IMG/VR virus record: IMGVR_UViG_3300017991_000062
Span: 1 to 64,000 of that record
Direction: 5' to 3' (one strand)
Source: a virus
DNA length: 64,000 nucleotides
In this document: piece after piece, positions 26,810-36,642 of the stretch
Layout of the letters: every line of letters starts with the position of its first letter
Numbering within the stretch: position 1 is the stretch's first letter
Notes under the pieces: model-generated
Told to the model about the DNA's origin: nothing
Seen by the model: the letters and a program-made list of their open reading frames with translations, nothing else
Database searches by the model: none
Translations under genes and position numbers: made by a program

Positions 26810-28015
26810 ATGTCCGTACCGAACGAGGAAGTCCTGCGCAAGGCGGTCATCACCACCGATGCCATCACGTCGGCAGGCAAGCTCAACCCCGTCCAGGCGG
26901 ATCGGTTCATCGACTACGTCTGGGACATCACCAAGCTCAAGGGCCACGCGCGCACCGTGAAGTTCCGCGCCGAGGAGCTGTACATCGACAAGGTCGGTGT
27001 CGGCACCCGCGTCGCGGTCCCCAAGGTGGAGGCGGTGGACCCGGGCGTTCGCCGGGGCATCAGCACCTCGCGGGTGACCCTCCACCCCGAGGAGACGATG
27101 TGCCCCTTCGAGGTCTCCTACGAGATGCTCGATGAGAACCTGGAGGGCGAGGCCTTCGCCGAGCACCTCGTGAAGATGTTCGCGACCCAGTACGCGAACG
27201 ACACCGAGGAGCTGTTCATCCAGGGCGACAAGCTCGGCGCGGCCATCCTGGAGTCCGAGTACGTCGCGGGCGGCTCGACCACCCAGTACATCAAGGACGC
27301 CTACCTGGCCCTCCAGGACGGCTGGCTCACCCTGGCCCGGCAGGGCCACGGCGTCGACTTCGCGGGCGCGAACATCTCCAACCGGCTCTTCAGCCGGCTC
27401 ATCAACGCCCTGCCCGAGAAGTTCAAGCGGGACCGCTCCAAGCTGCGCTTCTTCACGAGCACGGACCTGGAGCAGAACTTCCGCGAGAAGACGGCCGCCC
27501 GCGCCACCGGCAAGGGCGACGACGCCCTGATGTCCAGCGCGCCGCTGACCCCCTTCGGCATCCCGCTCATCGGCATCCCGCTCCTCCCCTTCCAGCCGAA
27601 GACGGTGGAGCACCTGACCCTGACCGGCACCACGGCCGTCCCGCTCCTGTACAAGAACGTGACGAACGTGACCGTGCTCCCGAGCACCCTCGACAAGACG
27701 CCGACCACCCCGTACACCGAGGGCGCCGGCAACGACTACATCCTGGACGCGGTCAACGGCACCATCGCGCGTGATGCCGCCTCGACCATCCCGAGCGGTG
27801 CCACGGTCAAGGTCACCTACCAGGCGCAGGCCCAGATCATCCTGACCCACGAGTCGAACTTCATCATCGGCATGGGCCGCGACTCGATCCGCCTGGAGAG
27901 CGACCGCGACATCTTCAAGTCGACCCTCCAGTACTCGCTGACTGCGAAGGTCGCCTGCGAGTTCGAGGAGGCCGACGCCATCGCCTTCGGCTACAACGTC
28001 GGCCTCGGCGTCTAG
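26810..28015 (+). CDS. major capsid protein (HK97 fold) with inserted beta domain
   Basis: GKLNPVQADRFID, LDENLEGE, ELFIQGD, DGWL; position after scaffold; strong RBS. Confidence 0.9.
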   Translation: MSVPNEEVLRKAVITTDAITSAGKLNPVQADRFIDYVWDITKLKGHARTVKFRAEELYIDKVGVGTRVAVPKVEAVDPGVRRGISTSRVTLHPEETMCPFEVSYEMLDENLEGEAFAEHLVKMFATQYANDTEELFIQGDKLGAAILESEYVAGGSTTQYIKDAYLALQDGWLTLARQGHGVDFAGANISNRLFSRLINALPEKFKRDRSKLRFFTSTDLEQNFREKTAARATGKGDDALMSSAPLTPFGIPLIGIPLLPFQPKTVEHLTLTGTTAVPLLYKNVTNVTVLPSTLDKTPTTPYTEGAGNDYILDAVNGTIARDAASTIPSGATVKVTYQAQAQIILTHESNFIIGMGRDSIRLESDRDIFKSTLQYSLTAKVACEFEEADAIAFGYNVGLGV

Positions 28016-28051
28016 CGGCTGATGGTGCTGCTCGGTTCCTAGTGCGAATCC

Positions 28052-28083
28052 CGGCCGGGGCGGCTTCCGAGCCGCCCCGGCCG
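28052..28083 (+). terminator. hairpin after the major capsid gene
   Basis: CGGCCGGGGCGGCT-TCCG-AGCCGCCCCGGCCG. Confidence 0.7.
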
Positions 28084-28115
28084 TGCCCTGTCAACGCCCA
28101 AAGAGGAGGGACCTC

Positions 28116-28673
28116 ATGGCGACCGCCCGCAAGCCCAAGTCAGGGGCCAAGAAGAAGCCCGCTGCCAAGGCAAGCAAGAAGAAGCCGGCCAAGAAGAAGG
28201 CCGCGGCCAAGGCGAAGCCCAAGGCCAAGCCTGCGCCGCCTCCCGATCCCGATCCCGAGAAGATGCCCGAGTGCTATGGCGACAAGGACCGCCTGGACCC
28301 AGGTGACCCCGAGTGCATCGCCTGTCCGTCGATGGACGGCTGTGCCGACGAGGTCGCTCTGTCGCCCATCCCTGCCCGCGAGCCCGAGCCCGAGCCCGAG
28401 CCGGTCAAGGGCGGCCCGGTGACCACCGACGACCTCCCCAAGTCCGAGAAGAAGCCCCCGCGGCGGGCGAGGCCCCCCGTGGCGCCTGGCGCCGGGCTCG
28501 CGGTGCCCGACGGTGGTGCGGTGGTCACCCTGCTCCGTGGCGCGAGCGACACACCCTTCCTGGGTGGGCCGAAGTTCTTGAACGGCCACTCGCAGACCGT
28601 CCGCGACCCGAAGCAGGTGGCCGCGCTGAAGCTGAACCCCCGCTACTCGGTCGTGACGGCCGAGGACCAGTAG
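28116..28673 (+). CDS. Lys/Ala-rich (histone H1-like) N-terminus plus 4-Cys motif protein
   Basis: AKKKPAAKASKKKPAKKKAAAKAKPK; CYG...CIAC...C; ATG 28116 after GAGGAGG. Confidence 0.65.
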   Translation: MATARKPKSGAKKKPAAKASKKKPAKKKAAAKAKPKAKPAPPPDPDPEKMPECYGDKDRLDPGDPECIACPSMDGCADEVALSPIPAREPEPEPEPVKGGPVTTDDLPKSEKKPPRRARPPVAPGAGLAVPDGGAVVTLLRGASDTPFLGGPKFLNGHSQTVRDPKQVAALKLNPRYSVVTAEDQ

Positions 28674-28682
28674 GAGGACGCG

Positions 28683-29132
28683 ATGCCCTGGAAGGTACGA
28701 CTGTCCCGGCGCGGTTCGCTCCCCGTCGTGACCTCGGTTCGCAAGCTCGTCCTGGTCGGAGGCCGATGGGTCCGCGTGAGCGACCAGGAGAAGGCCGAGC
28801 TGGAGGACAGCGACGTCGCGGCCCGGCTGGAGTTCCGCGAGATGCCGACCGCTCCGCAGGATACGCCCGAGGCCCCCGTCGACCGTGCGGCGGCGGCCAA
28901 GGCCCGCGTGAAGGCCAAGGCCAAGGTGAAGGCCAAGGCCAAGGCTGACACCGAGGCTGCCCAGGCCCAGGCTGACCAGGAGCGCGAGGAGCGCGAGACG
29001 GCCGCCGCGGAGGAGGCCGCTGCCGAGGACAGCGACATCACCTCTCACGTTCCCGGCAAGGCGCAGCACGACAAGCCCAAGAAGCGGCGCGGCCGGAAGA
29101 AGAAGAAGGCTGCCGAGGGCGAGGGCGAGTAG
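28683..29132 (+). CDS. charged low-complexity hypothetical protein
   Basis: AGGAGG RBS; KAKAK runs. Confidence 0.6.
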   Translation: MPWKVRLSRRGSLPVVTSVRKLVLVGGRWVRVSDQEKAELEDSDVAARLEFREMPTAPQDTPEAPVDRAAAAKARVKAKAKVKAKAKADTEAAQAQADQEREERETAAAEEAAAEDSDITSHVPGKAQHDKPKKRRGRKKKKAAEGEGE

Positions 29133-29153
29133 TCGCATCATGCAGGGGGCGAC

Positions 29154-29549
29154 GTGCTCAAGGTCAACCTCCGCGATGGTCGGACTCTCACATTCGACCT
29201 CCTAGATCCTGCCGAGATGCAAGCCTGGTGTGCTCACCAGGCCGACCCCAAGTTCCAGTCAGAGATCACAGGCGCAGGCATCCAACACGACGGCACGCTG
29301 CTCGCCCTGCCGGTGCCCCAAGGCTTCCATCGCAAGGTGTACGAGGCCGAGGTGCTCTACCGAGGCAACGGCGACGGCCGAAAGGTTGCGGCCGAGCGCC
29401 TCACCTGCTACGCTGACTCCATCCGGCTGTCGGTCACGGCCCACCACGGCAACCGCCCCAGGGTCGTCAAATACGCCGCGGCCAAGGTCGGCCGAATGCG
29501 CTACAGCCCGGCCATCCACGGCCCGGTGAAGAAGGGAGATGAACGATGA
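29154..29549 (+). CDS. hypothetical protein
   Basis: operonic ORF. Confidence 0.55.
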   Translation: MLKVNLRDGRTLTFDLLDPAEMQAWCAHQADPKFQSEITGAGIQHDGTLLALPVPQGFHRKVYEAEVLYRGNGDGRKVAAERLTCYADSIRLSVTAHHGNRPRVVKYAAAKVGRMRYSPAIHGPVKKGDER

Positions 29550-30022
29550 GCGGCACTCACTACGAGGGCGGCACCCCCCACCTGGACGATCCGCGGCAGC
29601 TCGAACCGGACGCCGGGTCGTGCGAGGGTCACCCCATCCAGGCCAAGAAGCTGAACGTGAAGCGGGTGCAGCTCACGGGCGTCCTCGTGGCCGGCGCCAC
29701 GGTGCAGATCAACCCGCTGGAGTTTCGTGGCTCGCTGCGGCGTATCCAGGCGAAGAAGGTGAGTGGCTCGGCCGCGAACTACGACCTGGACTTCTACGTC
29801 AGCGATCCGGCCGGCAGCACACACCACGACTTCGACAAGATTCACTCGGTCGCCGGACTCGCGGTGGCGAGCGATCCCTACGACTCGGGCATCATCGACG
29901 TTCCCTACGAGAACGCCGACGCCCCGTCGAAGAGGCGCTCACTCTGGGTCACGGTCACGCCCGACGCGAGCGGCACCCCGAACGTGTTCGACATCCAGGT
30001 CATCGTCGAGCAGCGGGTGTGA
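29546..30022 (+). CDS. putative virion structural protein
   Basis: beta-rich composition; ATGA overlap. Confidence 0.55.
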   Translation: MSGTHYEGGTPHLDDPRQLEPDAGSCEGHPIQAKKLNVKRVQLTGVLVAGATVQINPLEFRGSLRRIQAKKVSGSAANYDLDFYVSDPAGSTHHDFDKIHSVAGLAVASDPYDSGIIDVPYENADAPSKRRSLWVTVTPDASGTPNVFDIQVIVEQRV

Positions 30023-30101
30023 CCAGCAAGTTCGTGACACACGGAGGGGGTGAGTGGTAGACTGACGCCGCGACAGGCGCACAAGCAAGGAGGGTTCCCC
30101 G

Positions 30102-31637
30102 ATGGCCGTTTCACTCATCCAGCTCGACCAGATCCGCAAGAGCTACGACTTCGACGACTCGCTCAACGCTGCGGCCATCGCAGGCATCGAGACGAGCGCC
30201 GTCGACCACCTCGACTTCCTCAAGGGAATGCTGTCCCAGACGAAGCGCATCATCCACGGCGCGGACGCTGGCAACTGGTACGACGACATCGAGAGCGCAG
30301 CCGAGCCGCTCAACGACCTGGCGGCGCGAGCCAAGCTCGAAGACAAGATGGGCCTCTGGGACCGGCTCAACCTCAACGACGTGAGCGTCCCGGCGACCCA
30401 GAACTACGTCCTGCTCACCGCGACCGGCAACACGGCGCCCGACAAGGTCATCGCCATCAACGCGACGACCGAGGGCGCGGCCACGGCGCAGCTCGCCGGG
30501 GCCGTGGGCTCGCACAGCCTGACCGAGCAGGCCGGCCCGAACCCGCTGGAGCCGAAGAACCTGTGCCAGGTGTTCGACGGCGCAACGGGCGACCCGATCC
30601 TGTCCAGCTCACGCCGGGTGTATGCCCTGCTCCAGGTCGGCAGCGCAGCCACGGACGGCAACGCCTTCGCTGACAGCGGCAACGACCAGGGGCAGCTCTC
30701 CTTCGTGCGGCCGAACGCGACCTACGACGACTTCGAGGCGTGCCCGGTCACCGACATCGAGAGCCAGAGCATCATCTACTCCTTCTCGTGGCGCCGGAAC
30801 CTCAACGACGTGCCAGAGGAGTACTTCCGCTCCAGCATCGCCTCGGCCGACCCGCAGGCCGGCGTGACCGTCAGCCTCGACGAGGCGTACAACGGGGCCG
30901 CCTTCATCACCGCGGACGGCGCGGACATCGACTTCCGCCTCGCAGACACGGTGGCCTTCAAGGTGCGCCTGGGCACGGGCAACGACCTCTTCAAGGTCAC
31001 CCGCACCGACACCGGGCCAGCGCACGAGGTGCAGATCGGCTCCGACGTCGCCACCTTCAACAACGACGCGGTGGATTCCGACTTCGCCAACGGTATGACC
31101 GTGGACTCCACCGGCCAGGCCATCAACATCGGCAAGACCGCGAACGGCGTGATCGACTCGGCTTCGGCCGAGCTGCGGGCCAACACGGGTGACGCCGAGG
31201 TCAGCGCGGCGAGCGGTGAGGTGCGGTTCACCTCCAGCCGCGACACCGACCTGGAGCTGGACGACGCGACGGCCGGCGCCATCAGCGGGCTCTTCGGCCA
31301 GACCTTCAGCTCCATCTCGGCGGCCATCAAGTACGCCGGGGAGCAGGGCGGCGTCGACCTGTCGCTGAAGGTGACGGTGCTCGCCTCGAACTACGCCCAG
31401 GGAGTCAACGTGCCTGGCGCCATCCAGGACATCACCGCGGCGCCCATCGACATGAACACCCCGGCCACGGTCGAGCAGCTCGTGTTCCTCAACGGCCGGC
31501 TGCTCTACGGCGGCAACGGGACCACGAAGAACGACGTGTACGCGGGCGACACCCCGGGCAGCGGTGACGTCAAGTTCGACTTCAGCAAGGGCGTGAAGAC
31601 GGGCGACGTCATCATCAGCGCGGTGCTCGCGCAGTAG
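30102..31637 (+). CDS. putative head/neck fibre-like structural protein
   Basis: G/A/S/T/D-rich; C-terminal VFLNGRLL..G..NDVY...GDVI domain; strong RBS and own hairpin. Confidence 0.6.
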   Translation: MAVSLIQLDQIRKSYDFDDSLNAAAIAGIETSAVDHLDFLKGMLSQTKRIIHGADAGNWYDDIESAAEPLNDLAARAKLEDKMGLWDRLNLNDVSVPATQNYVLLTATGNTAPDKVIAINATTEGAATAQLAGAVGSHSLTEQAGPNPLEPKNLCQVFDGATGDPILSSSRRVYALLQVGSAATDGNAFADSGNDQGQLSFVRPNATYDDFEACPVTDIESQSIIYSFSWRRNLNDVPEEYFRSSIASADPQAGVTVSLDEAYNGAAFITADGADIDFRLADTVAFKVRLGTGNDLFKVTRTDTGPAHEVQIGSDVATFNNDAVDSDFANGMTVDSTGQAINIGKTANGVIDSASAELRANTGDAEVSAASGEVRFTSSRDTDLELDDATAGAISGLFGQTFSSISAAIKYAGEQGGVDLSLKVTVLASNYAQGVNVPGAIQDITAAPIDMNTPATVEQLVFLNGRLLYGGNGTTKNDVYAGDTPGSGDVKFDFSKGVKTGDVIISAVLAQ

Positions 31638-31649
31638 TAGCGCAACCCA

Positions 31650-31679
31650 GGCCGGCCGGGGCGCTCACCCCGGCCGGCC
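31650..31679 (+). terminator. hairpin
   Basis: GGCCGGCCGGGG-CGCTCA-CCCCGGCCGGCC. Confidence 0.65.
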
Positions 31680-31733
31680 ATTAACCCGAAGCCCCTTGGC
31701 CGCTGGACGCGGCACAAGCGCGGAGGAGGAACC

Positions 31734-32330
31734 ATGAGCGGCTACGACGTGAACAACCCCACCCTGAACGAGATCGGCGACCCCATCGTCCGCACCAGGC
31801 TCGACGAGATGCAGTGCATGACGTCCGAGCTGGCCTCCGAGCGCGACGGCGTGACCAAGGCCATCGACCAGAAGGTCGGCATCGTCCAGGCGTGCAAGGT
31901 GCTCGCGAAGCGCCTCACAGAGGAGCGCGGGCCGGTGCAGAAGCGTGTCGACGACGACGGGCTGGACCCCGACATCGCGAAGGCCGAGATCACGGCGATC
32001 AACCGCTGCGCGGCCATCGTCTCTGATGTCGGTGTCGAGAACCAGGCCGACATCTCCACCCTCCGCGGCAAGCTCCAGGGCATCGAGGCGTCTGCCAAGG
32101 CCATCGAGCGTCGGTTCGCGACCGAGCTGGCGAAGTACGAGCGCCACAAGCGCATGGAGGAGGAGGACGAGGAGGAGCGGGAGGAGCGCGGCCGGCCGGC
32201 GCTCCCTGCCAGCCTGACCGACCGCCGCGCGAAGAAGGCCGTCGCCGACCGGAACAAGGCCAGGAAGGCGGCCAAGAAGAAGCCGACCAAGAAGAAGCCG
32301 GCCAAGCCGCGCAAGCGGCCGAAGAAGTAG
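31734..32330 (+). CDS. coiled-coil protein with basic tail
   Basis: GGAGGAGG RBS; heptad pattern; KKKP tail. Confidence 0.6.
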   Translation: MSGYDVNNPTLNEIGDPIVRTRLDEMQCMTSELASERDGVTKAIDQKVGIVQACKVLAKRLTEERGPVQKRVDDDGLDPDIAKAEITAINRCAAIVSDVGVENQADISTLRGKLQGIEASAKAIERRFATELAKYERHKRMEEEDEEEREERGRPALPASLTDRRAKKAVADRNKARKAAKKKPTKKKPAKPRKRPKK

Positions 32331-32337
32331 AGGCGCG

Positions 32338-32832
32338 ATGGGTGGGACTCCCGACAGGTTTCCAGGGACGCGGCACGAGGACGAGATTGTCCTCGACCCG
32401 CAGACTGACGGTGACCCCACCGAGCAAGGTGCGCTCAAGTACGTCGGCGGCGAGATGCGGTTCCGCGATGCTGCCGGTGTGTTCAACCCCCGCACAGGCG
32501 GCAGTGGTATCACAGCCGAGCAGCACCGCGTCCTTCGCCAGCTCATTCACTTCGTAACCACTGGCGGCCCGGCCGGTGGGTTCGCATCTGGCGCGTTCTA
32601 TGAGGCTCTTCCGGTCGGCCCGTTCCCGACGACTGCGACGTGGTGGGAGTCGAACAGCAAAGTGAAGAAGATCGTGGAGCTGACCGTGGCCTGGACAGCC
32701 GCGAACCCCACCGAGGAGAAGTGGGAGATGTACGACACGGACGGGGTCACGGTCATCGCTCGTGTCACTGACACGATCACTTATACCGGGGCGTTCGAGT
32801 CTGGCCGCACCCGGGCGATTTGGGTGGCGTGA
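32338..32832 (+). CDS. putative virion structural protein
   Basis: operonic; beta-rich C-terminus. Confidence 0.55.
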   Translation: MGGTPDRFPGTRHEDEIVLDPQTDGDPTEQGALKYVGGEMRFRDAAGVFNPRTGGSGITAEQHRVLRQLIHFVTTGGPAGGFASGAFYEALPVGPFPTTATWWESNSKVKKIVELTVAWTAANPTEEKWEMYDTDGVTVIARVTDTITYTGAFESGRTRAIWVA

Positions 32833-33785
32833 TGGGTTTGCTCTCACCGGCTGCACTCCTGATCGACTCGGCGGGGAACTACCTCAAGGTCGTTGCTGAC
32901 GGCGCGACCGACAAGCTGCTCGGCGTAGCTGCCAAGATACGCGACGTCGCGGGTGATGTGATCAACCCATCGACCGAGGAAACCCTCGCCGCGATCAAGG
33001 ACACGGACGGCATCAAGAAGGTTGTCGACCAGCTCCCGGCCGGGACCAATGAGATCGGCAAGGTCGCGCAGGGAACCAAGGCCGTTGGAGCCGGGGCGTG
33101 GCCCCAGGTGCTCTATGACTCGGCGGGGCATGCGGTCGGCGTCATGCTTGACGGAGCCGTGTATCGTATCCAGGGCGACAGCAAAGTCGCCAAGGGCGCG
33201 ACGAACTTGGTTCACCTGGACGTCATCGACACGGTGGCCGGCCAGGGGCGTCTCAAGGCTTCGCTCTACACACCGGACGGGGATGCTGTCGCGTTCCCAT
33301 CGGTGTCGCCTGACCCGAGCAACATCAAGAACGACTTCGTGAAGAGCGGTGGGTCGCCGTCGCTTCTGGCGGACGGCGACCCGACCCCGGTGGTCTTCAG
33401 CTACGACGCCGACCCGACGCGCGACATCTCGCTCCAGGAGATCAAGTTCGTCCTCGTCTCCAACTCCGTCACCTTCGGCAGCGATTACTTCGGCGCAAAG
33501 TCCGGCCCGCTGGCGAACGGGTTGCTCGTGGAGGTTATCTCCGGCGGCACCACCGGCACCGTTGCGCTGCTCAAGCAGAACGAGGACTTCGTCAACTTCG
33601 CGTCGCCTGGTGGCTTCGAGTGGGTCGTGTCGTCGAAGGATATGATGTCGTCGAACTGGCTGGTCGGCGGCGGCATCAAGCTCAAGGCTGGCGGAACCGA
33701 CAAGGTGCGCGTGACGGTGCAAGATGACATCGACAGCGCGGGCGTCTACTTCCAGTGCTACGTGAAGGGCAATATCCTCGGGTAG
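32832..33785 (+). CDS. putative virion structural/fibre protein
   Basis: TGATG overlap; LPAGTNEIGKV fibre-type repeat. Confidence 0.55.
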   Translation: MGLLSPAALLIDSAGNYLKVVADGATDKLLGVAAKIRDVAGDVINPSTEETLAAIKDTDGIKKVVDQLPAGTNEIGKVAQGTKAVGAGAWPQVLYDSAGHAVGVMLDGAVYRIQGDSKVAKGATNLVHLDVIDTVAGQGRLKASLYTPDGDAVAFPSVSPDPSNIKNDFVKSGGSPSLLADGDPTPVVFSYDADPTRDISLQEIKFVLVSNSVTFGSDYFGAKSGPLANGLLVEVISGGTTGTVALLKQNEDFVNFASPGGFEWVVSSKDMMSSNWLVGGGIKLKAGGTDKVRVTVQDDIDSAGVYFQCYVKGNILG

Positions 33786-33794
33786 GGGGCAACG

Positions 33795-34478
33795 ATGCCG
33801 ACGCGCACGACCATCGACGGGCCGAAGACGAGCGACGACAAGCTCATCATGCTGAACAGCGGCTACGGCTCCGACCGTATCCTGGACATCGCAGGCCGCG
33901 TGGATGACACTCAATTCAAGTTGCAGAAGTCCGGTGCTGGTGACGTGGCGCTGGAGGTGTCCTTCGCTGGCACCCGCTCACTAGCCGGCGGATTCGTCCA
34001 GTGGAAGAACGGCGGCATCGAGGACGGGGTGGACTTCGAGGTCTTCGCGCCTGCCTCGCAGGTAACGGCCACACCAGGCGTCGGGAACTGCAACCTCGTC
34101 GGTGAGCCAGCGATCCTCGTCGTCCCGGCAGCCGGCAACGGCTCGCATACCATCGACCTCTATAACGATGCCGTTCCGGTCCCGGCACCAGCGGGGAACG
34201 GCTACTACGACCTCGACACCGCTGGCAACCCGACCCCGAACCAGGACAGCCCACCGACAGGGGCTTGGAACCTGTACCTCGCGACGATTCAGATCGCACA
34301 CCACATCACCGACTTCCCGATCTGGGGCGACGGCATGGCAAAGATCGGGGAGGACAACATCAAACCCGAGGATCTGCTTCGCCAGTGGACCCTCAAGACC
34401 ACGCTGCACAACCGCAGCGGCAACGCCGACCTCGGTATCCGGTGGGCGCTGGTCAGCGGCAAGCCGAAGGGGAGCTGA
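33795..34478 (+). CDS. putative virion structural protein
   Basis: operonic; G/P/N-rich. Confidence 0.55.
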   Translation: MPTRTTIDGPKTSDDKLIMLNSGYGSDRILDIAGRVDDTQFKLQKSGAGDVALEVSFAGTRSLAGGFVQWKNGGIEDGVDFEVFAPASQVTATPGVGNCNLVGEPAILVVPAAGNGSHTIDLYNDAVPVPAPAGNGYYDLDTAGNPTPNQDSPPTGAWNLYLATIQIAHHITDFPIWGDGMAKIGEDNIKPEDLLRQWTLKTTLHNRSGNADLGIRWALVSGKPKGS

Positions 34479-34598
34479 TGGTGTCCTGGTGCCTGGAGAG
34501 GATCGGAGCCGCAGTCATCCTGGGCCTGGTCGCCGCGAAGCTCCTTGGGAAAGGGCTCTCCGGGAAGCTGCGGGTATGACCCGCGAGGAGTTCTGGGC

Positions 34599-35159
34599 AT
34601 GGCGCGAGATGTGGAACCGCGAGTACCGCCGGGTGACGGCGCGGTGCTGCTCGTCTTCACGGCCAGCTCGCACCCCATCAGCAGGGCGATCCGGTGGCTC
34701 ACCCGTTCCCCGGTGAGCCACGTCTTCATCGAATACGAGAGCGAGGGGTGGGGTGGCCGGTGGGCGGCCGAAGCTACCACCACCGGGGTTCGCAAGGTTC
34801 AGGCCCAGGTCGCGCGTAAGAGCGTGTACGCCGAGATCGAGTGCCTGTTCGACCCAAGGCCCGGATACGAGGCTGTCGGCGCTCTGGTGGGCAAGCGGTA
34901 CGACTACTTCGGTGTCGCACTTCTCGGGCTCGTCGTTGCGGCCTGGCGATGGTTTCGGGTCAAGCTGCGGGTGCCACACCGCTCGGCGCTGTCGCAGTTC
35001 TGTTCCGAGTTCGCTGCGCGGTGGCTGATGGGGTGCAAGGTGCCCAGGACGGAGCACTGGGACCCGAACCGTGCCGCTCCCGGGCGGCTCTACAAGTTTG
35101 CCTTGACCCACCCCCGTCATTTCAAGCTACGATGGCGCCGCAGGAAGGGCGATGGCTGA
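34599..35159 (+). CDS. permuted papain-like NlpC/P60 (YiiX/YebB-like) hydrolase
   Basis: ISRAIRWLT.SPVSHVFI...GKRYDY...FCSEF (His before Cys); ATG 34599 after GAGGAG. Confidence 0.75.
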   Translation: MARDVEPRVPPGDGAVLLVFTASSHPISRAIRWLTRSPVSHVFIEYESEGWGGRWAAEATTTGVRKVQAQVARKSVYAEIECLFDPRPGYEAVGALVGKRYDYFGVALLGLVVAAWRWFRVKLRVPHRSALSQFCSEFAARWLMGCKVPRTEHWDPNRAAPGRLYKFALTHPRHFKLRWRRRKGDG

Positions 35160-35457
35160 CAGCTACTACCAGGGGAAGATCGTCGACCTTATCGGCGTCC
35201 CTGACGGGGTCGAGCGCGAGTTTGTGACTCCGAGTGCATTCGCGCCGGACACCATCAAGGTCTTCTGGAACGGCGTCGAGTACCGTGCCGACGATGACCT
35301 GAAGGGGTGGGTCGAGGTGTCCACGAGCCGCATCCGGTTCAACGTGGCGCCCCTGGCCAACGACATCCTCCAAGCCTACTACCACGAGACGAACCCCGTG
35401 CCTGGGCTTGACAACGTGGTCGGAACACCGTTTGATCCAGACGGTGTCCTGCCGTAG
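35152..35457 (+). CDS. small beta-sandwich virion protein
   Basis: IKVFWNGVE...IRFNVAP..NDILQAYY. Confidence 0.55.
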   Translation: MADSYYQGKIVDLIGVPDGVEREFVTPSAFAPDTIKVFWNGVEYRADDDLKGWVEVSTSRIRFNVAPLANDILQAYYHETNPVPGLDNVVGTPFDPDGVLP

Positions 35458-35469
35458 GAGGGAAGAGAC

Positions 35470-36642
35470 ATGCCGAGCATCGCACGCGGCCAGGAGTGCA
35501 CCACCTCGATCCTGAACTGGTTCATCCTGGTGAACGGAACCAAGACCGACGCCTTTGACGTCGGATGCCAGATTTGGGACATCAGCGGCGGCCTGCCGGG
35601 CTCGGTGGTGTGGCCGACCCCTGGTGACGACACTGCCTGGGAGAACGTGACGAACGCGCCTGGCAAGTTCTCGGTCGGCTCCTACTACCCGTATGACAAC
35701 ACGCTCGGCGCCGGCTGGACGCCGGCCCTGGGCGAGCCCCTGGGCGACCACCTCATCAAGTGGCGCTGGAAGATCACGGCGGCGGCGCCCTACATGGCGG
35801 GGCAGGAGGCATTCACCGTCCTCGCCGAGTCGAGCGGCACGACGCAGGACGAGTACATCACCGTTCAGCAGGTGCGGGACGAGGGCGTGCCCCTGCCAGC
35901 AGACGGCGGCCCGAGCGACGATGAGATCCTCGCGCTCATCCAGCTCTTCAGCGGCCTGGTCGACAAGGTGACCAGGTGCTTCTTCACGGCCCGCACCTTC
36001 GAGCTACGCCTCGACGGGAGCGGTCACGACACCCTGTTCCTCCCGTGGCCCGTCATCGAGATCACGGCGGTCGAGGTGAACCTGCTCGCTGGCACTTCGC
36101 CACGCTCGGGCACGGTGCTCACGGAGGACCAATACGAGGTCTACAACCGCGACCTGCCCAACGACAAGCGGACGCCGCGGATCGAGCTGGTGAGTCAGGG
36201 GCAGAGCATCTACGCCGGAACCGACCTGGGCAACTTCGCTGTCGGCACCCTGAACCAGCGCATCAGCGGGACGTTCGGGTGGGTCGAGAACGGCCAGGTG
36301 CCCCTCCCCATTCAGCAGGCGATGAAGCGCCTGGTCATCCGCAACCTGGGCAAGCTGGCCACGGGCGAGGGCGGCTCGGAGTCCTGGGGTGGCGGCGGCG
36401 CGGCGGCCGGCTCGTGGGGCATCCTCGAAGAGCAGACCGACCGGCACCGGATCAAGTTCACGGATGCCAAGGCCGGCGAGGGGATGGGCGCGGACGCGAC
36501 GGCGCTCCAGCTCATCAACGACCCGGTGGCCTACGCGATGATTATGCAGTACCGCATCGCGACTCCCGCGATTGCCTGGTCGAGCAGGCCCGTCGAGCGT
36601 GGTATGATGAACGGCGGCGAGTCGAACCGTAGGTGCTACTGA
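35470..36642 (+). CDS. head-tail adaptor-like protein with N-terminal Ig-like extension
   Basis: YITVQQVR...LDGSG...PVIEIT...GTFGW...VPLPIQQA pattern; position. Confidence 0.65.
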   Translation: MPSIARGQECTTSILNWFILVNGTKTDAFDVGCQIWDISGGLPGSVVWPTPGDDTAWENVTNAPGKFSVGSYYPYDNTLGAGWTPALGEPLGDHLIKWRWKITAAAPYMAGQEAFTVLAESSGTTQDEYITVQQVRDEGVPLPADGGPSDDEILALIQLFSGLVDKVTRCFFTARTFELRLDGSGHDTLFLPWPVIEITAVEVNLLAGTSPRSGTVLTEDQYEVYNRDLPNDKRTPRIELVSQGQSIYAGTDLGNFAVGTLNQRISGTFGWVENGQVPLPIQQAMKRLVIRNLGKLATGEGGSESWGGGGAAAGSWGILEEQTDRHRIKFTDAKAGEGMGADATALQLINDPVAYAMIMQYRIATPAIAWSSRPVERGMMNGGESNRRCY

